Positions 8,234 to 16,761 of a DNA stretch of 18,551 bases are shown piece by piece (positions within the stretch are counted from its first letter, which is position 1; each line of letters starts with the position of its first letter). Under the pieces are notes generated by a model. It ran no database searches and had not been told where the DNA came from. It worked only from the letters and a program-made list of their open reading frames with translations. The stretch comes from Candidatus Eiseniibacteriota bacterium (GTDB lineage: Bacteria > Arandabacterota > Arandabacteria > Arandabacterales > Arandabacteraceae): contig JBDRNT010000022.1 of assembly GCA_043810925.1 (NCBI GenBank), forward strand, positions 1 to 18,551, given 5' to 3'. The translations under genes and the position numbers were made by a program.

Positions 8234-8809
8234 ATGTTGAAGAAACTCTTGCTCATTGCATTTGTGATTGCGGCCATAGCCGGATGTGCCAGGGAAGAGC
8301 AGCAGGCGGAGATGGATACCCCGGCAGCGACTACCGTCGGGGTGGAGGCCGTCCAGCTCTGTAAGCACCAAGAAGGTACGTGTACTTGCAAGGGACATGA
8401 AGGTGAACCGTGTCCTCGCCGCGGTGAGGAGATGATGTGTACGTGTGCGTCCTGCGGCCACGAATGGAAGTGTGACGGACACGAGGGTGAGGCCTGCCAC
8501 AAGACTGAAGACGGATGCGTCTGCAAGTGTCCGGAGTGTGGGGCTGAGTGTAAGTGCGAGGGCGGTCGACGCTGTGCAACGGGTGAGGGCTGCAAGGGTG
8601 AATGTGGAGCGGGGTGTACTTGTGAGGGCCATGAAGGCGAGGCCTGTCCGGGTGGGGACGCATGCACATGCAAGCATCACTCGCATGGTGACGAGCATTC
8701 GGCAGCAGATAAACCGGGCTGTGGTGAGAAGGTGGGCTGTCCTTACGCAACAACCGGTAACCCGGGATGCGGCCGCAGCGGTTCATGCAAGGCCAATAGC
8801 GGTTCATAA
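8234..8809 (+). CDS. Cys/His-rich metallothionein-like lipoprotein
   Basis: Strong SD; signal peptide with lipobox IAGC; 28 Cys and 10 His in 191 aa; three C-x-GHEGE-x-C repeats; no CxxCH. Confidence 0.75.
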   Translation: MLKKLLLIAFVIAAIAGCAREEQQAEMDTPAATTVGVEAVQLCKHQEGTCTCKGHEGEPCPRRGEEMMCTCASCGHEWKCDGHEGEACHKTEDGCVCKCPECGAECKCEGGRRCATGEGCKGECGAGCTCEGHEGEACPGGDACTCKHHSHGDEHSAADKPGCGEKVGCPYATTGNPGCGRSGSCKANSGS

Positions 8810-8812
8810 CAA

Positions 8813-8840
8813 CTGACCCTTGGGGTCAGGTTTTGAAATT
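8813..8840. repeat. GGGGTCAG-family REP-like copy
   Basis: ctgaccc-ttg-gggtcag hairpin. tggggtcaggttttgaa closely matches the 1917 arm (tggggtcaggctttgaa). Confidence 0.7.
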
Positions 8841-8842
8841 AA

Positions 8843-8876
8843 GCGTCGGGTCTCCGTACCCGACGCGTTTGTTTCT
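8843..8876 (+). terminator. Rho-independent terminator
   Basis: gcgtcgggt-ctccgt-acccgacgc followed by gtttgtttct. Confidence 0.65.
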
Positions 8877-9098
8877 GGGTGCGGCATTCCCTTCCCGAAA
8901 AACCTAATGTCTTCAAGTTCCCGCCCGATACTCGTAGTAACACCGCATCGGGCCTTAGGTCGGCACTCGTGCCGGCCTAGCCCGTTGCATGGACTCACAC
9001 GAATCCGGCTGGAGGTACGTGTGGCCCAGGGGCGTTAGGCGAAGCAACTCGTTCACGGATGATGGTGTTGTCATCGGCATGAAGGGAGCGGTGATACA

Positions 9099-9422
9099 AT
9101 GAGCGGCCTTTACTTCTTCATTTTCCTCGCGATGTATGCCTACATGGGACTTACGTTGCAGACCATCGCAAGCAAGACCGGCACGACGGACCCGTGGCTT
9201 GCGTGGATCCCGGTTGCCAATGTTTACCTGATGTGCAAGATCGCCAAGAGACCCACGTGGTGGGTGGTACTCTGCTTTATTCCGTTCGTGAACGTCATTA
9301 TCAGCGTAATTCTCTGGATGGGGATCGCCGAAGCCAGGCAGAAACCGGCCTGGTTGGGCGTACTGATGCTGGTTCCAATAGCGAATATCATTGTCCCGGG
9401 ACATCTCGCGTTCTCAGAGTGA
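9099..9422 (+). CDS. DUF5684-like small membrane protein
   Basis: W.AWIPVANVY...WW...IPFVN...K......L.PI....HLAFS pattern; hydrophobic; purine-rich SD. Confidence 0.75.
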   Translation: MSGLYFFIFLAMYAYMGLTLQTIASKTGTTDPWLAWIPVANVYLMCKIAKRPTWWVVLCFIPFVNVIISVILWMGIAEARQKPAWLGVLMLVPIANIIVPGHLAFSE

Positions 9423-9524
9423 TTCCCGGTGATCTGCAGGAAGTCGAGTTGCTTCGCCTAACACAACTCGCATCTGCCGGAACCGGCATCGAACAGGAAT
9501 CGGTCTCAATGAAGGATCCCGGTC

Positions 9525-10127
9525 TTGCTTGGCGCACTTCTGATAAGTAACGTCTGGTTCGCCATATGCCTGTGGGCGGCCATCTATATCTCCGATTACT
9601 GCCTGACCATCTGGGCGGCGCGGCTCTACAGGGCAGGTGCCAGGGACCACCTGGCATTCAAGGGAAGTCTTGAGATCACTCCATATTTCCAGGAAGACGT
9701 CGACGCTCTTACACCCATAAGCACTCGCTTCGTCCGCGCGCTGATATTCTCCGTGCTCTCGATTGCCCTTGCCTGGATACTCTCGGTCAGATGGGCCGAC
9801 CTGCCGCAGGCCTTCGCCGTCCTCATGGGCTCTTTGATATTCCTCGAGGCGACGGCGCACATCAGGCATATCCGCAATATCACCTTCTTCCGGAGCCTGA
9901 TGCGGTCTGAGGATCTTACCGGGAGGATAGAATACCCGCGGTGGCTTTCCCTCAGGCTGTCTTCCGTTGAGGTCTTAGGCTTCGCGGTTCTGTTTCTGTT
10001 TGCCTTTCTCGTATCAGGCAGCTGGTTCTTTGTCGGCGGGGTCGCATCCTGTCTGGTTACCGGGCTTAAGCACATGGACTGGGCAAACAAGGCACTTGCC
10101 GAACCGGGGCGATCCGACACTCCCTGA
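9525..10127 (+). CDS. Hypothetical multi-pass membrane protein
   Basis: 200-aa ORF with about 5 hydrophobic segments, co-oriented with its neighbours; TTG start uncertain. Confidence 0.65.
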   Translation: MLGALLISNVWFAICLWAAIYISDYCLTIWAARLYRAGARDHLAFKGSLEITPYFQEDVDALTPISTRFVRALIFSVLSIALAWILSVRWADLPQAFAVLMGSLIFLEATAHIRHIRNITFFRSLMRSEDLTGRIEYPRWLSLRLSSVEVLGFAVLFLFAFLVSGSWFFVGGVASCLVTGLKHMDWANKALAEPGRSDTP

Positions 10128-10182
10128 CTTATCATCCCGCGCCACCCCCATATTCTGAGTGCGATCCTGATTCCTCTTTGAG

Positions 10183-10188
10183 TATAAT
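10183..10188 (+). promoter_or_regulatory. -10 box positioned for a leaderless transcript
   Basis: TATAAT, 6 nt, then ATG at 10195; no SD. Confidence 0.5.
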
Positions 10189-10194
10189 CACCTG

Positions 10195-11121
10195 ATGACT
10201 TCGCATCTGATAGGTGAAACAGCCGCAGTCTGTACGGCGGCCCTGTGGACCACATGTTCGATCCTCTTCGCGGCTGCCGGAAGGAGGATCGGTGCTCTCA
10301 GTGTCAATGCCTACCGCATTGCGATGGCCGTCGGACTGCTGGGCATCGCTCATGTGATCCTGCATGGTTCCATACTGCCGTCCGCCAACTCCGCGCAGTG
10401 GTTTTACCTGGGACTTAGCGGCGTCGCCGGTCTGGCACTCGGGGATTTCGGTTATTTCGGTGCGCTTGTCTTCCTCGGTCCCAGAAGAGGCGTGCTCCTG
10501 ATGGCGATGTCACCGATCTTTGCCACGGTTGCAGCCTACTTTGTGCTGGGTGAGGTGCTCGCGCCATGGGATATGATCGGGATCGCCGTAACGCTCTGCG
10601 GTGTTACCTGGGTGGTGATCGAGAAAGAAGTGCACTCCAGTGAGAGCCCCGTAGCCCCGAGGCAGAAACTCTACGGTATTCTCTGCGGCTTGGGCGGAGC
10701 GATCGGGCAGGGTCTCGGTCTCGTTTTATCCAAGTACGGGATGCTCGCTGCCGGTGGTGATGCCTCTCAGCCGCTTAATCCACTCTCGGCTACGCTGCTC
10801 CGGATGATCGTGGCCGCCGCCTTTGTGTGGCTTGCCGTGACGGTCTCAGGCCGGTTGCCACGTGTTATCGGTGCGCACAAGAATACCGCGGCGATCTCAA
10901 GAACGTTTGCGGGAGCGCTGACCGGTCCCTTCGCGGGGGTCTGGCTCTCGATGGTAGCGGTGACCTACGCGGTGGCCGGAGTTGCGGCCACATTGATGTC
11001 ACTCATGCCCGTAATGGTAATTCCGGTTCTGTGGATGCTCTACAGGCAACGGACAAGCCGGAGGGGTATCACGGGCGCCGCGATAGCAGTGGCAGGGGTG
11101 GCCATCCTCTTTCTGATCTAG
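10195..11121 (+). CDS. DMT/EamA family transporter
   Basis: About 10 TM segments in two repeats; SG..GLALGD..YF.AL..LGPRR, SPIFA..AY..LGE. Confidence 0.9.
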   Translation: MTSHLIGETAAVCTAALWTTCSILFAAAGRRIGALSVNAYRIAMAVGLLGIAHVILHGSILPSANSAQWFYLGLSGVAGLALGDFGYFGALVFLGPRRGVLLMAMSPIFATVAAYFVLGEVLAPWDMIGIAVTLCGVTWVVIEKEVHSSESPVAPRQKLYGILCGLGGAIGQGLGLVLSKYGMLAAGGDASQPLNPLSATLLRMIVAAAFVWLAVTVSGRLPRVIGAHKNTAAISRTFAGALTGPFAGVWLSMVAVTYAVAGVAATLMSLMPVMVIPVLWMLYRQRTSRRGITGAAIAVAGVAILFLI

Positions 11122-11125
11122 CCGG

Positions 11126-11246
11126 GGCTGGTGAAAGACATCCATCTGCTGCGTTACGCTCGCCCCACCTCACTGCACGTACCTTCAAAGTACGCCTCGT
11201 TCTCCGGGGCTTCGCGTGCTATGCATCTGAATGTCTTTGACCAGCC
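11126..11246. mobile_element. 121-bp MITE-like element with terminal inverted repeats
   Basis: ggctggtgaaagacat versus the reverse complement of atgtctttgaccagcc: 15/16 identical (20/24 extended). Central cgtac-N7-gtacg palindrome. Lies between convergent genes. Confidence 0.7.
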
Positions 11247-11259
11247 GTATTATTCGGTC

Positions 11260-11832
11260 TTAGGCTACCGCATCGGCTCCAGCTTTGCGTGCTTGCGTCA
11301 TGACATCGGTGTTCGCGCGGACATCACCCTTATCGTAAGCGCCCGGGGCCAGTACCGAGGCGAAGAGCTCGGCCCCGACATAAGCGAGCGAGTCCTTGAA
11401 CATCCCCACCACATGACGACCGGTTTCAGGATCTGTGTCTCCCATGGGTACTGCAAGTATCACACGCCGGTTCTTGAAAACCTGCATATGTTCATCATCG
11501 CCGGCCTGTGAGAACCATCTGTCCACAAAGGCCTTGAGCTGCGCGCTCGGTCCCCACCAGTAGACCGGGGTTCCGAATACCCATACGTCGCTTGTCTTCA
11601 TCTTCTCAAACAGGCCTTGCATATCATCAGATAAAACACACACACCGCCCGGACGACACGCATAGCAGGCCTTACAGGGGCCGATGTCAAGATCGCCGAG
11701 CATCACCTTCTCCGTATCTGCTCCGGCCTCTTCAGCACCCTTCAGAATCTCATCCACGAGGATATCGGTGTTGCCGTTGCGACGTGGACTCCCCATGATG
11801 GCGAGCACCCGTTTGCGATCTGACGGTTTCAT
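11260..11832 (-). CDS. Flavodoxin-fold iron-sulfur flavoprotein / NADPH-dependent FMN reductase
   Basis: GSPRRNGNT, CKACYACRPGGVC (CX2CX2CX5C), DDM, GTPVYW, KAFVDR; SD GGAGG. Confidence 0.92.
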   Translation of the reverse strand: MKPSDRKRVLAIMGSPRRNGNTDILVDEILKGAEEAGADTEKVMLGDLDIGPCKACYACRPGGVCVLSDDMQGLFEKMKTSDVWVFGTPVYWWGPSAQLKAFVDRWFSQAGDDEHMQVFKNRRVILAVPMGDTDPETGRHVVGMFKDSLAYVGAELFASVLAPGAYDKGDVRANTDVMTQARKAGADAVA

Positions 11833-11917
11833 TCAGGCCTCCTGATTGTACGAGATGGCTGCCGGTTGCCGGTAGTGGATGATAGACCTGTTCCAAGGGT
11901 GAACAGGTGTTGCGTAA

Positions 11918-12046
11918 GGAACCAGGTGGGTTCCCCGCTCATAAGAACGTGCTCATTCAGTTTTGAACCCGGCGGCGTAACCATCCATGCAAGTGGGTCG
12001 GTCCAAAATCATGGGAGTTCACGTCCCACGCAGGGAACCCACTGGC
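11918..12046 (-). ncRNA. Rod-shaped ~125-nt structured RNA, probable short 6S-like RNA
   Basis: Starts right after a consensus promoter. Nested pairings: ccag/ctgg, tgggttccc/gggaaccca, acgtg/cacgt, ctc/gag, ttttggacc/ggttcaaaa. A further hairpin follows (11886-11908). Confidence 0.6.
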
Positions 12047-12050
12047 ACCC

Positions 12051-12079
12051 ATTGTACACTATATGACTCCCAGGGTCAA
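12051..12079 (-). promoter_or_regulatory. sigma70-type promoter for the structured RNA (and possibly the flavoprotein gene)
   Basis: Minus strand TTGACC (12079-12074), 17 bp, TACAAT (12056-12051). Confidence 0.75.
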
Positions 12080-12235
12080 GAACAATCCTACGAAGGCAGG
12101 TGATGGCAAGGATACGCAAAGGATAGTCAAGATCCGCAAAACCTTCGGCCTTTTGTGCCTCGGCCGGTGCGGGACACGGTGTACTTAGCCACCCATCGTG
12201 TAGTATAATGATAGAAACGTCACAGGGAGGCTGTC

Positions 12236-14464
12236 ATGGTGAGATGGCTGTGTGCAGTGATCGTACTGATCTTAGGCGGTCCCGTCCTCGCGGTTGCCGC
12301 TGACGAGTATTCCCGGGACTGCGCTATCAAGGAGGTCTTCGATGATCTCGACCGAACCCGGATTACGACCGGGATACTCTATGACAGAGTGATTCCGCTT
12401 TCGCATGTCACAGACTACGATGGCAGCCAAACATCGAGACCTATCAGGCCTAAGCACTGGAAGCAGATCTACTTTGAGATGTACCGGGCCTCTCTGGAGA
12501 CACCCGCGTGGCCCGATCTGCGGACACTTCTCAAGCAGATGGAGCGTGCAACAGCCGGTGGGATTGTGCCCGTCGCATTCATTGATCTCGAGTACACCAG
12601 CATCTGGTCCGATGCGCTTGAGGATGGATCGCTTACGATAGAAGCAGGCCGTCTGCGTGATGGGCCGGGCGATCCCTATATCGAGAATAGAGTCTTTGCC
12701 GTCACCGCCCTCAAGGACTATACCCATTGCGGCAATTCGATCACGTTCGCACTCGATCCGGCCTGGTATGTCACCGACTCAGGCATCCTGCCGGACAGGC
12801 TCGAGATGGATTTCGATGACGGTCTCGGTTTCCGGTCCGTGGAATTAGGTGCCAACTACCGAATTTCGTATCCGGCTGCCGGCCGGAAGCAGGTGCGGGT
12901 GAAAGCACATGCCGGTGACAGGACGGTCCTCTATGCCGCATTCAGTTTCAATGTTAAGACACTTCAGGCGCCGGTCCCCGATGACACCCTCGCGGTTACC
13001 GCGACCATACCCTATAACGGCGGTTTCGGGAGCGGGGAAGCATACCTCTATTACTCTGATTCACATGTTGTTCTCACTGACCCCGTGATCGTGGTCGAGG
13101 GGTTCGACATAGATAACAACATGAACTGGGAAGAGCTCCATGAGTACCTCAACCAGGAGGGTATGGTAGAGAGTCTGCGCACCGAGGGCTATGATGTCGT
13201 TGCCCTCAACTTTACGGATGCCACGGATTTCATCCAGCGGAATTCCTTTGTGCTGGTAGAGTTGATCCAGCAGGTCAACGCCATGATCGATCCCGGTACG
13301 GATATCGCCATGGTGGGGGCCAGCATGGGTGGTCTGGTCGGCCGGTGTGCCCTTGCGTACATGGAGACCAATGCGCTCGACCATAATACGAGGACGTTCA
13401 TCTCTTTCGATTCACCCCAGAACGGGGCAAACATACCGCTCGGACTACAGTACTGGGTCGACTTTTTCTCTGGAGACTCCGAGGATGCCGCTTATATGCT
13501 AGAAAGGCTGAACACGCCGGCCGCAAGGCAGCTGCTCGCATACCACCTGACCGATCCGCCCGGGACGACCGGTGAGAGCGACCCCCTGCGGACTGGCCTG
13601 CTTGCTGATCTTGCAGCGGTGGGGAATTACCCCCAGATTCCGCGGAAGGTGGCTGTCGCCAACGGCAGCGGCTCACGCGCAGATCAGGGTTTTGCCGCCG
13701 GGGACCAGGTGGTTTTCTATGAATACTACAGCCTGCTTGTCGACATCATCGGCAATGTGTGGGCGGTGCCCGACAGTGCCAACCAGACCGTCTTCCGCGG
13801 TGTCATGGATCTCATATGGCCGTTGCCGGATAGGCGGATGACTGTCGATGTTTCGGGAACACGCCCCTATGACAACGCCCCGGGAGGTTACCGGAATTCA
13901 ATGGCGCAGTTGGACTCGGCCGCGGCGCCGTACGGGGACATCGTCGCGCTTTATGACAACCACTGCTTTATCCCCACAATCAGCGCGCTGGCCCTCGATA
14001 CCGAAGATCTCTTCTACGATATCGCCGGGGATGCCGATCTTATGACACATACCCCGTTCGACACCGTCTATTATCCTGTTGTCAATGAAGGGCACATGGA
14101 AATCACGGCCGAGAGCGCAACCTGGTTCCTGACCGAGCTCAGGCGGGACGACGCGGCCGTACCCGGGCAACATATGCCGGTGCCGGAGGCGGCGGTCCTG
14201 TACCGGAATTCCCCGAATCCCTTCAGCCGGACAACCACGATCCGCTACTCGGTCGCTCGTCCGGAGAGGATACACCTTGATATCTACGATATCGAAGGCC
14301 GGAGGGTGGTAAGCCTTCTGGACCGGTCCGTGTCGGCCGGGTTGGGGCAGGTTGTCTGGGAGGGCACCGACGGGCACGGCAGAGACGTCGCCTCCGGGAT
14401 CTACTTCTGCCAGCTTTCGACCGCTGACGCGTGCCGCATGCAGCGTCTCGTCCTCCTCCACTAA
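12236..14464 (+). CDS. Secreted alpha/beta hydrolase (lipase/esterase-like) with FlgD-Ig/T9SS-like C-terminal domain
   Basis: Signal peptide; TGILYDRV; VVEGFD; nucleophile elbow GASMGG; SFDSPQNGANIP; HCFIPT.SAL; C-terminal PNPF...IYDIEGRRV...W.G.D...SGIYF; SD GGGAGG. Confidence 0.88.
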   Translation: MVRWLCAVIVLILGGPVLAVAADEYSRDCAIKEVFDDLDRTRITTGILYDRVIPLSHVTDYDGSQTSRPIRPKHWKQIYFEMYRASLETPAWPDLRTLLKQMERATAGGIVPVAFIDLEYTSIWSDALEDGSLTIEAGRLRDGPGDPYIENRVFAVTALKDYTHCGNSITFALDPAWYVTDSGILPDRLEMDFDDGLGFRSVELGANYRISYPAAGRKQVRVKAHAGDRTVLYAAFSFNVKTLQAPVPDDTLAVTATIPYNGGFGSGEAYLYYSDSHVVLTDPVIVVEGFDIDNNMNWEELHEYLNQEGMVESLRTEGYDVVALNFTDATDFIQRNSFVLVELIQQVNAMIDPGTDIAMVGASMGGLVGRCALAYMETNALDHNTRTFISFDSPQNGANIPLGLQYWVDFFSGDSEDAAYMLERLNTPAARQLLAYHLTDPPGTTGESDPLRTGLLADLAAVGNYPQIPRKVAVANGSGSRADQGFAAGDQVVFYEYYSLLVDIIGNVWAVPDSANQTVFRGVMDLIWPLPDRRMTVDVSGTRPYDNAPGGYRNSMAQLDSAAAPYGDIVALYDNHCFIPTISALALDTEDLFYDIAGDADLMTHTPFDTVYYPVVNEGHMEITAESATWFLTELRRDDAAVPGQHMPVPEAAVLYRNSPNPFSRTTTIRYSVARPERIHLDIYDIEGRRVVSLLDRSVSAGLGQVVWEGTDGHGRDVASGIYFCQLSTADACRMQRLVLLH

Positions 14465-14477
14465 CCCACAACTACCT

Positions 14478-14529
14478 GGGGTCAGAGCTAAAAAGCTGAC
14501 AACCCCCGGGGTCAGAGCTAAAAATGTGC
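14478..14529 (+). repeat. Tandem pair of GGGGTCAGAGCTAAAAA repeats (left arm)
   Basis: Copies at 14478-14494 and 14508-14524, 30-bp period. Confidence 0.85.
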
Positions 14530-14688
14530 GTGTCCGTATCCAGTGGGATTTGAGTCCCGGCCTCGCCTGCGGACACTTCCCAGATCGGGGTTTTGTGCCT
14601 ATAGTAAAATTGAAGGGCAGAGTGTCGGGTCACTGATGCGGGACGCGGCTCCCCCGTAGGGAGCCATGGACTTCAGGAGGTGAGGACA

Positions 14689-15303
14689 GTGACCGCGCGT
14701 GCTGAGGTAAGAGAGAAGCACACGGCATTCTTGCGCACCGCATTCGTTCTGGCCGGTCTTATCCATGTTGTGATATTCGCATTCTGGCCGGAGTACGTTC
14801 CATCCGTCTATCAGCTTCCGGAGATTGTCATACCTGAGTGGCTGGAGATTGAGCCTGAGAGGGTGATCCCGCCGATTCCGAAGGAGACGGAACCACCTGA
14901 CATACCCGTGCGGATCGCCGCCAGCGATGACGTGGATGATGATGAGACGATACCCCACACTCTTGTGGATTCTAAGGACTTCATTCACAGGCCGGTCGTT
15001 GCTCCTCCACAGCCGGACAGTTTCATCCCGTTTGATACGCCTCCCGAGCTTATGACGAGTGCAGAGCCGGTCTATCCGGAGCTGGCAAGACGGGCCGAGG
15101 TCGAGGGCATGGTGGTTGTTCTCGTGACGATAGATGAAAGCGGCCGAGTTATTGGCGCCGAGGTGGCCACATCAGACTCGTCGGTTTTTGACGAAGCCGC
15201 GCTTGCGGCGGCATACAAGTTCGCATTCAGACCGGCGCTTCAGCGTGATATCCCGGTCAAAGCCAGGATAGCAATCAGGTTCCGGTTCTCGCTCACAGAC
15301 TGA
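14689..15303 (+). CDS. TonB-family energy transducer
   Basis: GTG at 14689 after AGGAGGTG. N-terminal TM anchor with His (AGLIH), Pro-rich linker, TonB-C domain (PVYPELARRAEVEG.V.V...IDESG.V...FDEAAL.A..F.F.PA). Confidence 0.9.
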   Translation: MTARAEVREKHTAFLRTAFVLAGLIHVVIFAFWPEYVPSVYQLPEIVIPEWLEIEPERVIPPIPKETEPPDIPVRIAASDDVDDDETIPHTLVDSKDFIHRPVVAPPQPDSFIPFDTPPELMTSAEPVYPELARRAEVEGMVVVLVTIDESGRVIGAEVATSDSSVFDEAALAAAYKFAFRPALQRDIPVKARIAIRFRFSLTD

Positions 15304-15317
15304 CACCTCAGGGGGCT

Positions 15318-15369
15318 GCACATTTCTAGCTCTGACCCCAGGGATTGTCACACTTCTAGCTCTGACCCC
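15318..15369 (-). repeat. Tandem pair of TTCTAGCTCTGACCCC repeats (right arm, inverted relative to 14478-14529)
   Basis: The reverse complement matches the left arm at 45/52 positions with the same 30-bp period. A degenerate third copy lies at about 15381-15398. Confidence 0.85.
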
Positions 15370-15624
15370 TGTTACCTGTTACATCTGGCTCTGAGTCCGT
15401 GTCAAAACACACCAGCAGAGACGGCGCCGGGCCACACGGAGCGGCGCAACACCGCATCAATGCACACCTTGACGTACAACCCCAAAGTCAGCATTGTATG
15501 GTATGATTATTGCAGTTATACCGAAATTGACGTTGTCTGTCTTGAAACATCCGGGACGCATGGGTCGTCATCCTAGTTGAGCGTCATACGTCACAGTTGG
15601 AGACCGTAAGTCTGAACGGAGAGC

Positions 15625-16740
15625 ATGCCGATGAGAAAGCTACTTCCTTTTATCTGCCTGGTGGCGGCCGCCGTCTTGATTTTCACACAGCCTGGATGCG
15701 GCAGGCGATCGCATTCCGATGATGAGGACGATGGCGAAGCCGTGGTAGTACCGGTCGAGATTGAAACGGTCACATCGGGTGAGATAGCCACCTATTTTAC
15801 CGGTACCGCCACTCTTGAGGCAGAGGAGGAAACGGATGTCGTCGCGAAGGTGGGCGGAGTCGTCGAGACCATCCTCGTTGAGGAGGGCGATTTTGTGGGA
15901 GCCGGGCAGGTCCTGGCCAGGCTCGATGATGAGAAGCTCGCCGTCCAGATGGAACAGGCAACCGCGAATCTCCGAAGGCTCGAGCATGAGTACAACCGGA
16001 ACAAGGAACTCTTCGAAGGCAAGTTGATAAGCGACCAGGAGTTCCAGGGTGCCAAGTACGAATACGAACACCAGAAGGCCGCGTACGATCTGTCGAAGCT
16101 CGATCTGGAGTATGCCGCGATTCGTACCCCCATAAGCGGTCTGGTTGCCGAACGCATGATTAAGGTCGGTAACATGGTGATTACCAATCAGCCGGTTTTC
16201 AGGGTGACAGGTTGGAACCCGCTCCTGGGAGTGCTTTATGTACCCGAACGCCAGATAGGTAAGCTCCGTGTCGGTCAGGTAGCAAGTCTCCGTGTCGATG
16301 CCATCGAGGGCGAGGAGTTCCCGGGCCGCGTTGAACGTATCAGCCCCGTGGTCGATCCTTCGACGGGCACCGTAAAGGTCACGGTCGAGGTGCGTGACAA
16401 ATCGAAGACACTTAAACCCGGTATGTTTGCGCGCATCAACATAATACATGATGTTCACCGCAATACCATGCTCGTGTCCAAAGATGCAATCATCACCGAG
16501 GACAGGGAATCATCGGTCTTTGTCGTAAGAGACTCCACCGCCTATAAGCAGATCGTTGAGACGGGCTATGTCAATTCCAGCCATATCGAGATCCTTGACG
16601 GCTTGACGGAAGGAGACACCGTCGTCACGACGGGCAAGGGAAGCCTCAAGGACAGCACGAAGGTGGAGATGGTTTCACAGGGGACGGGGGACGTGGTGGC
16701 AGGCGACAGCTCGGGTGTTGTTGCCGGGCCGAACGATTAA
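15625..16740 (+). CDS. RND efflux periplasmic adaptor (membrane fusion protein)
   Basis: V.AKVGG.V..I.VEEGD.V..GQVLARLD, helical hairpin, IRTPISG, ISPVVDPSTGTVKV, LKPGMFAR; start may be 15631. Confidence 0.93.
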   Translation: MPMRKLLPFICLVAAAVLIFTQPGCGRRSHSDDEDDGEAVVVPVEIETVTSGEIATYFTGTATLEAEEETDVVAKVGGVVETILVEEGDFVGAGQVLARLDDEKLAVQMEQATANLRRLEHEYNRNKELFEGKLISDQEFQGAKYEYEHQKAAYDLSKLDLEYAAIRTPISGLVAERMIKVGNMVITNQPVFRVTGWNPLLGVLYVPERQIGKLRVGQVASLRVDAIEGEEFPGRVERISPVVDPSTGTVKVTVEVRDKSKTLKPGMFARINIIHDVHRNTMLVSKDAIITEDRESSVFVVRDSTAYKQIVETGYVNSSHIEILDGLTEGDTVVTTGKGSLKDSTKVEMVSQGTGDVVAGDSSGVVAGPND

Positions 16741-16761
16741 TTTCCGATCTGTGATCAGGCT

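Noticed and set aside
8445-8465. CASCGH in the Cys-rich lipoprotein as a heme c site
   Set aside because: It is CxxCGH, not CxxCH. The protein has no canonical heme motif.
8948-9095. Hairpins upstream of the DUF5684-like gene, including gatgatggtgtt resembling a fluoride riboswitch start
   Set aside because: The downstream conserved elements and pseudoknot partner are absent. The 8948-8984 hairpin cannot be assigned a function.
12100-12180. ggcaa...cgcaaaacc..cggcc resembling a c-di-GMP-I riboswitch
   Set aside because: No GAAA-capped P2 stem or proper P1/P3 pairing, and it lies upstream of the likely -10 (TATAAT 12204-12209).
14478-14529. Tandem repeats as a mini CRISPR array
   Set aside because: Only two units with 13-nt gaps, an inverted counterpart downstream, and no cas genes.
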